From the human T2T-CHM13v2.0 reference genome, Homo sapiens: a DNA stretch of 64,000 bases. A program made the position numbers and the translations under genes. Of this stretch, positions 62,060 to 64,000 are shown piece by piece. The notes beneath the pieces are model-generated. The model was given only the letters and a program-made list of their open reading frames with translations. It was not told where the DNA came from and searched no databases. Positions within the stretch are counted from its first letter, which is position 1. Each line of letters begins with the position of its first letter. The stretch is from assembly GCF_009914755.1 (NCBI RefSeq), contig NC_060943.1, one strand, 5' to 3'.

Positions 62060-63500
62060 GCTTTCATGACAACATATGTTATCTTCAATCTTTTTGATAA
62101 TAGTCACCCTAACAGGTATGAGGTGATGTCTCATTGTGGTTTTGATTTGCATTTCCCTGATGACTGGTGATGTTGATCATTTTTTCTCTGCCTGTTGACC
62201 ATTTCTGTGTCTTTGGGGAACTCGCCATTCAAGTCCATCATGCCTTTTCAAATCAGATTATTTGTTTTCTTGCTGTTGAACTCAACTTGTTTGAGTTCCT
62301 TATATATTCTGAATATTAACCTTTTACCACATGTGTGGTTTGCAAATATCTCCTCCCTTTCCATAAGTAGTCTGTTCACTCTTTTGTGATTGTTTCTTTT
62401 GCCATGCAGAAACAAACTAAAACAACTTTTTAGTTTGATGAAATTCCATTTATCTATTATTGCCTTTGTTGCCTGTGGTTTGGTGGTGTTAACTTAAACA
62501 TCACACAATTACCAATTTGGAAGAAAGAGCTTTATTTCTTATAAAGGATTACAGCCTGCAAGGTGGCCATCCAGACAGGCTGGGAAGCAGAGCCTGCAGA
62601 AGAGGCTCAGAGACAAGCACTTTAAGGGAGGGAGGAGAAAGACAGGAATTTAAGCTGAATGGGCTGGCCAAGTATACATATTCAACAGGTTACAGAAGGA
62701 GCTTTGAATATTCATGAAAGGGTTTTGACCCAAGCATATTGAACAAACACGCATGTTACATGTAATCCATGTTCACCTTAGGGTAGAGACTTACCATGTA
62801 AACGTATTACAATTAGGCCCTATATGTCAAAAGGTCTTTGGAGGACACAGCAGCCCTCAAGCGCGCAGCCTCTGTAAAACCTGCCATAACCAGTCCATGC
62901 TCCATGTTCTTATCAAGAGAAAGTTACTGAAATCAGTCTTTTGTCCAGTCACAAGGGTGTGGGGTCAGTGTCTGCTGGTGAGCTGTATATTGTTTTAATA
63001 TTACTTATATTGAGACCAGTGCTTGCTTAGCTACCAGAGAAAAATAAACATATTGTGGCAGTTAGAACATAGTTTATTCTCTAAGTGTGGGGGTGTGTAA
63101 TTTAACCCCTGCCTGGCATGGCCTTAGGTTTTGTATATGATTTGGTATCTCATTGCCACAGAGTCTGTTCTGCCAGTCTTATGATCTCCATTTCCATATT
63201 AAGGTTAATCAGTTGCTGCATCTCAACTGCAAAAGGAAGGGGCTATAATGAGGTGTGTCTGACCTCTCGTCCCATTGTAGCAGCAACTCAGTTTTTAAGA
63301 TTTTTCTGGGGTCCCCTTGGCCAAGAGGGGGTCTGTTCAGTTGATTACAGGGCTTAGGATTTTATTTTTAGTTTACAGTATCTAAAAAAATCTGAGCCCA
63401 GATAATGTCAAGAAGCTTTTTCTCCTGTTTTCTTCAAGGAGTTTTACAGTTTCAGGCCTTACATTTCCATCTTTAATCCATATTGAGTTGATTTTGTTTA
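62060..63500 (-). mobile_element. Antisense L1 fragment interrupted by a MER4-family LTR (62487-63377, minus)
   Basis: L1 peptide MQIKTTMRHHLIPVR; on the minus strand the LTR begins TGTAAACTAAAAATAAAATCCTAAGCCC. Confidence 0.75.
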
Positions 63501-64000
63501 CGTCTGAGATAACTGGCAATGGCAGCTTTGATGAACATGTGTGAAAGGGTGGGGGACTTGATTGGAAGCTCGTTTGGAAAATAACCGAAGAAAGGAAGGT
63601 AGGAAGAGTGACGACAAACAACCTCTTGAGGAGTTTTGCTGCAAATGTTACCCACCCTTGGAGGGGTGAGTTGGCCCTAGTGGGTCCTTTCTCTGCCCCC
63701 TGCCACTTACGCCAATAGAATGAGACCAGAATCGGCAAAGCGGAGAAGAAACTTTATTCATTGATCAAGAAATGGAGAAAGGGAGTTCATGTGCAAAGCA
63801 CCTTCTCCCAGGGGTTGGTAAAAGGGGATCTTAAGGGCCCTTAGGGCAGGTAGTTGGAGACTGAGGCGGGCAGATCTGGAAAAAGGTGGGTTCCTTCAGG
63901 AGGGGCTGAAGTGTGCACACTCTTGTGTTTTCTTTTGTACTTGGCACCTTCTGTGCCTAGCAAGGCATAGTTCTCGCCCCTGAGTGGAGATTTTAGTATG

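Overview
Human (primate) genomic DNA that I recognise as the CD33-related Siglec cluster on 19q13.41. It contains the 5' part of CTU1 on the minus strand (exons 1-2 and a CpG-island promoter). It also contains two complete 7-exon inhibitory Siglec genes on the plus strand: SIGLEC9 (CDS sums to 1392 nt, 463 aa) and SIGLEC7 (1404 nt, 467 aa). Each is directly preceded by a dead copy of an activating-type, SIGLEC14-like Siglec with a basic residue in the TM. The region about 20-54 kb is therefore a tandem duplication of an [activating pseudogene + inhibitory gene] cassette, and the two pseudogenes share the same two TM frameshifts. Other non-obvious elements: an in-frame antisense-L1-derived alternative last exon of SIGLEC9 that removes the ITIMs; a SIGLEC12-like second leader/V-set pseudo-exon with its own promoter inside SIGLEC7 intron 1; a highly decayed third Siglec remnant at about 16.3-17.3 kb split by an Alu; gene-conversion-like tracts; and an unexplained AT-rich, phase-consistent trio of exon-like segments at 60.5-61.2 kb. 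The rest is Alu/L1/L2/MIR/LTR/MER repeat. All alignments and identity counts were done by eye. Repeat subfamilies and reference-protein comparisons are from memory and are approximate.
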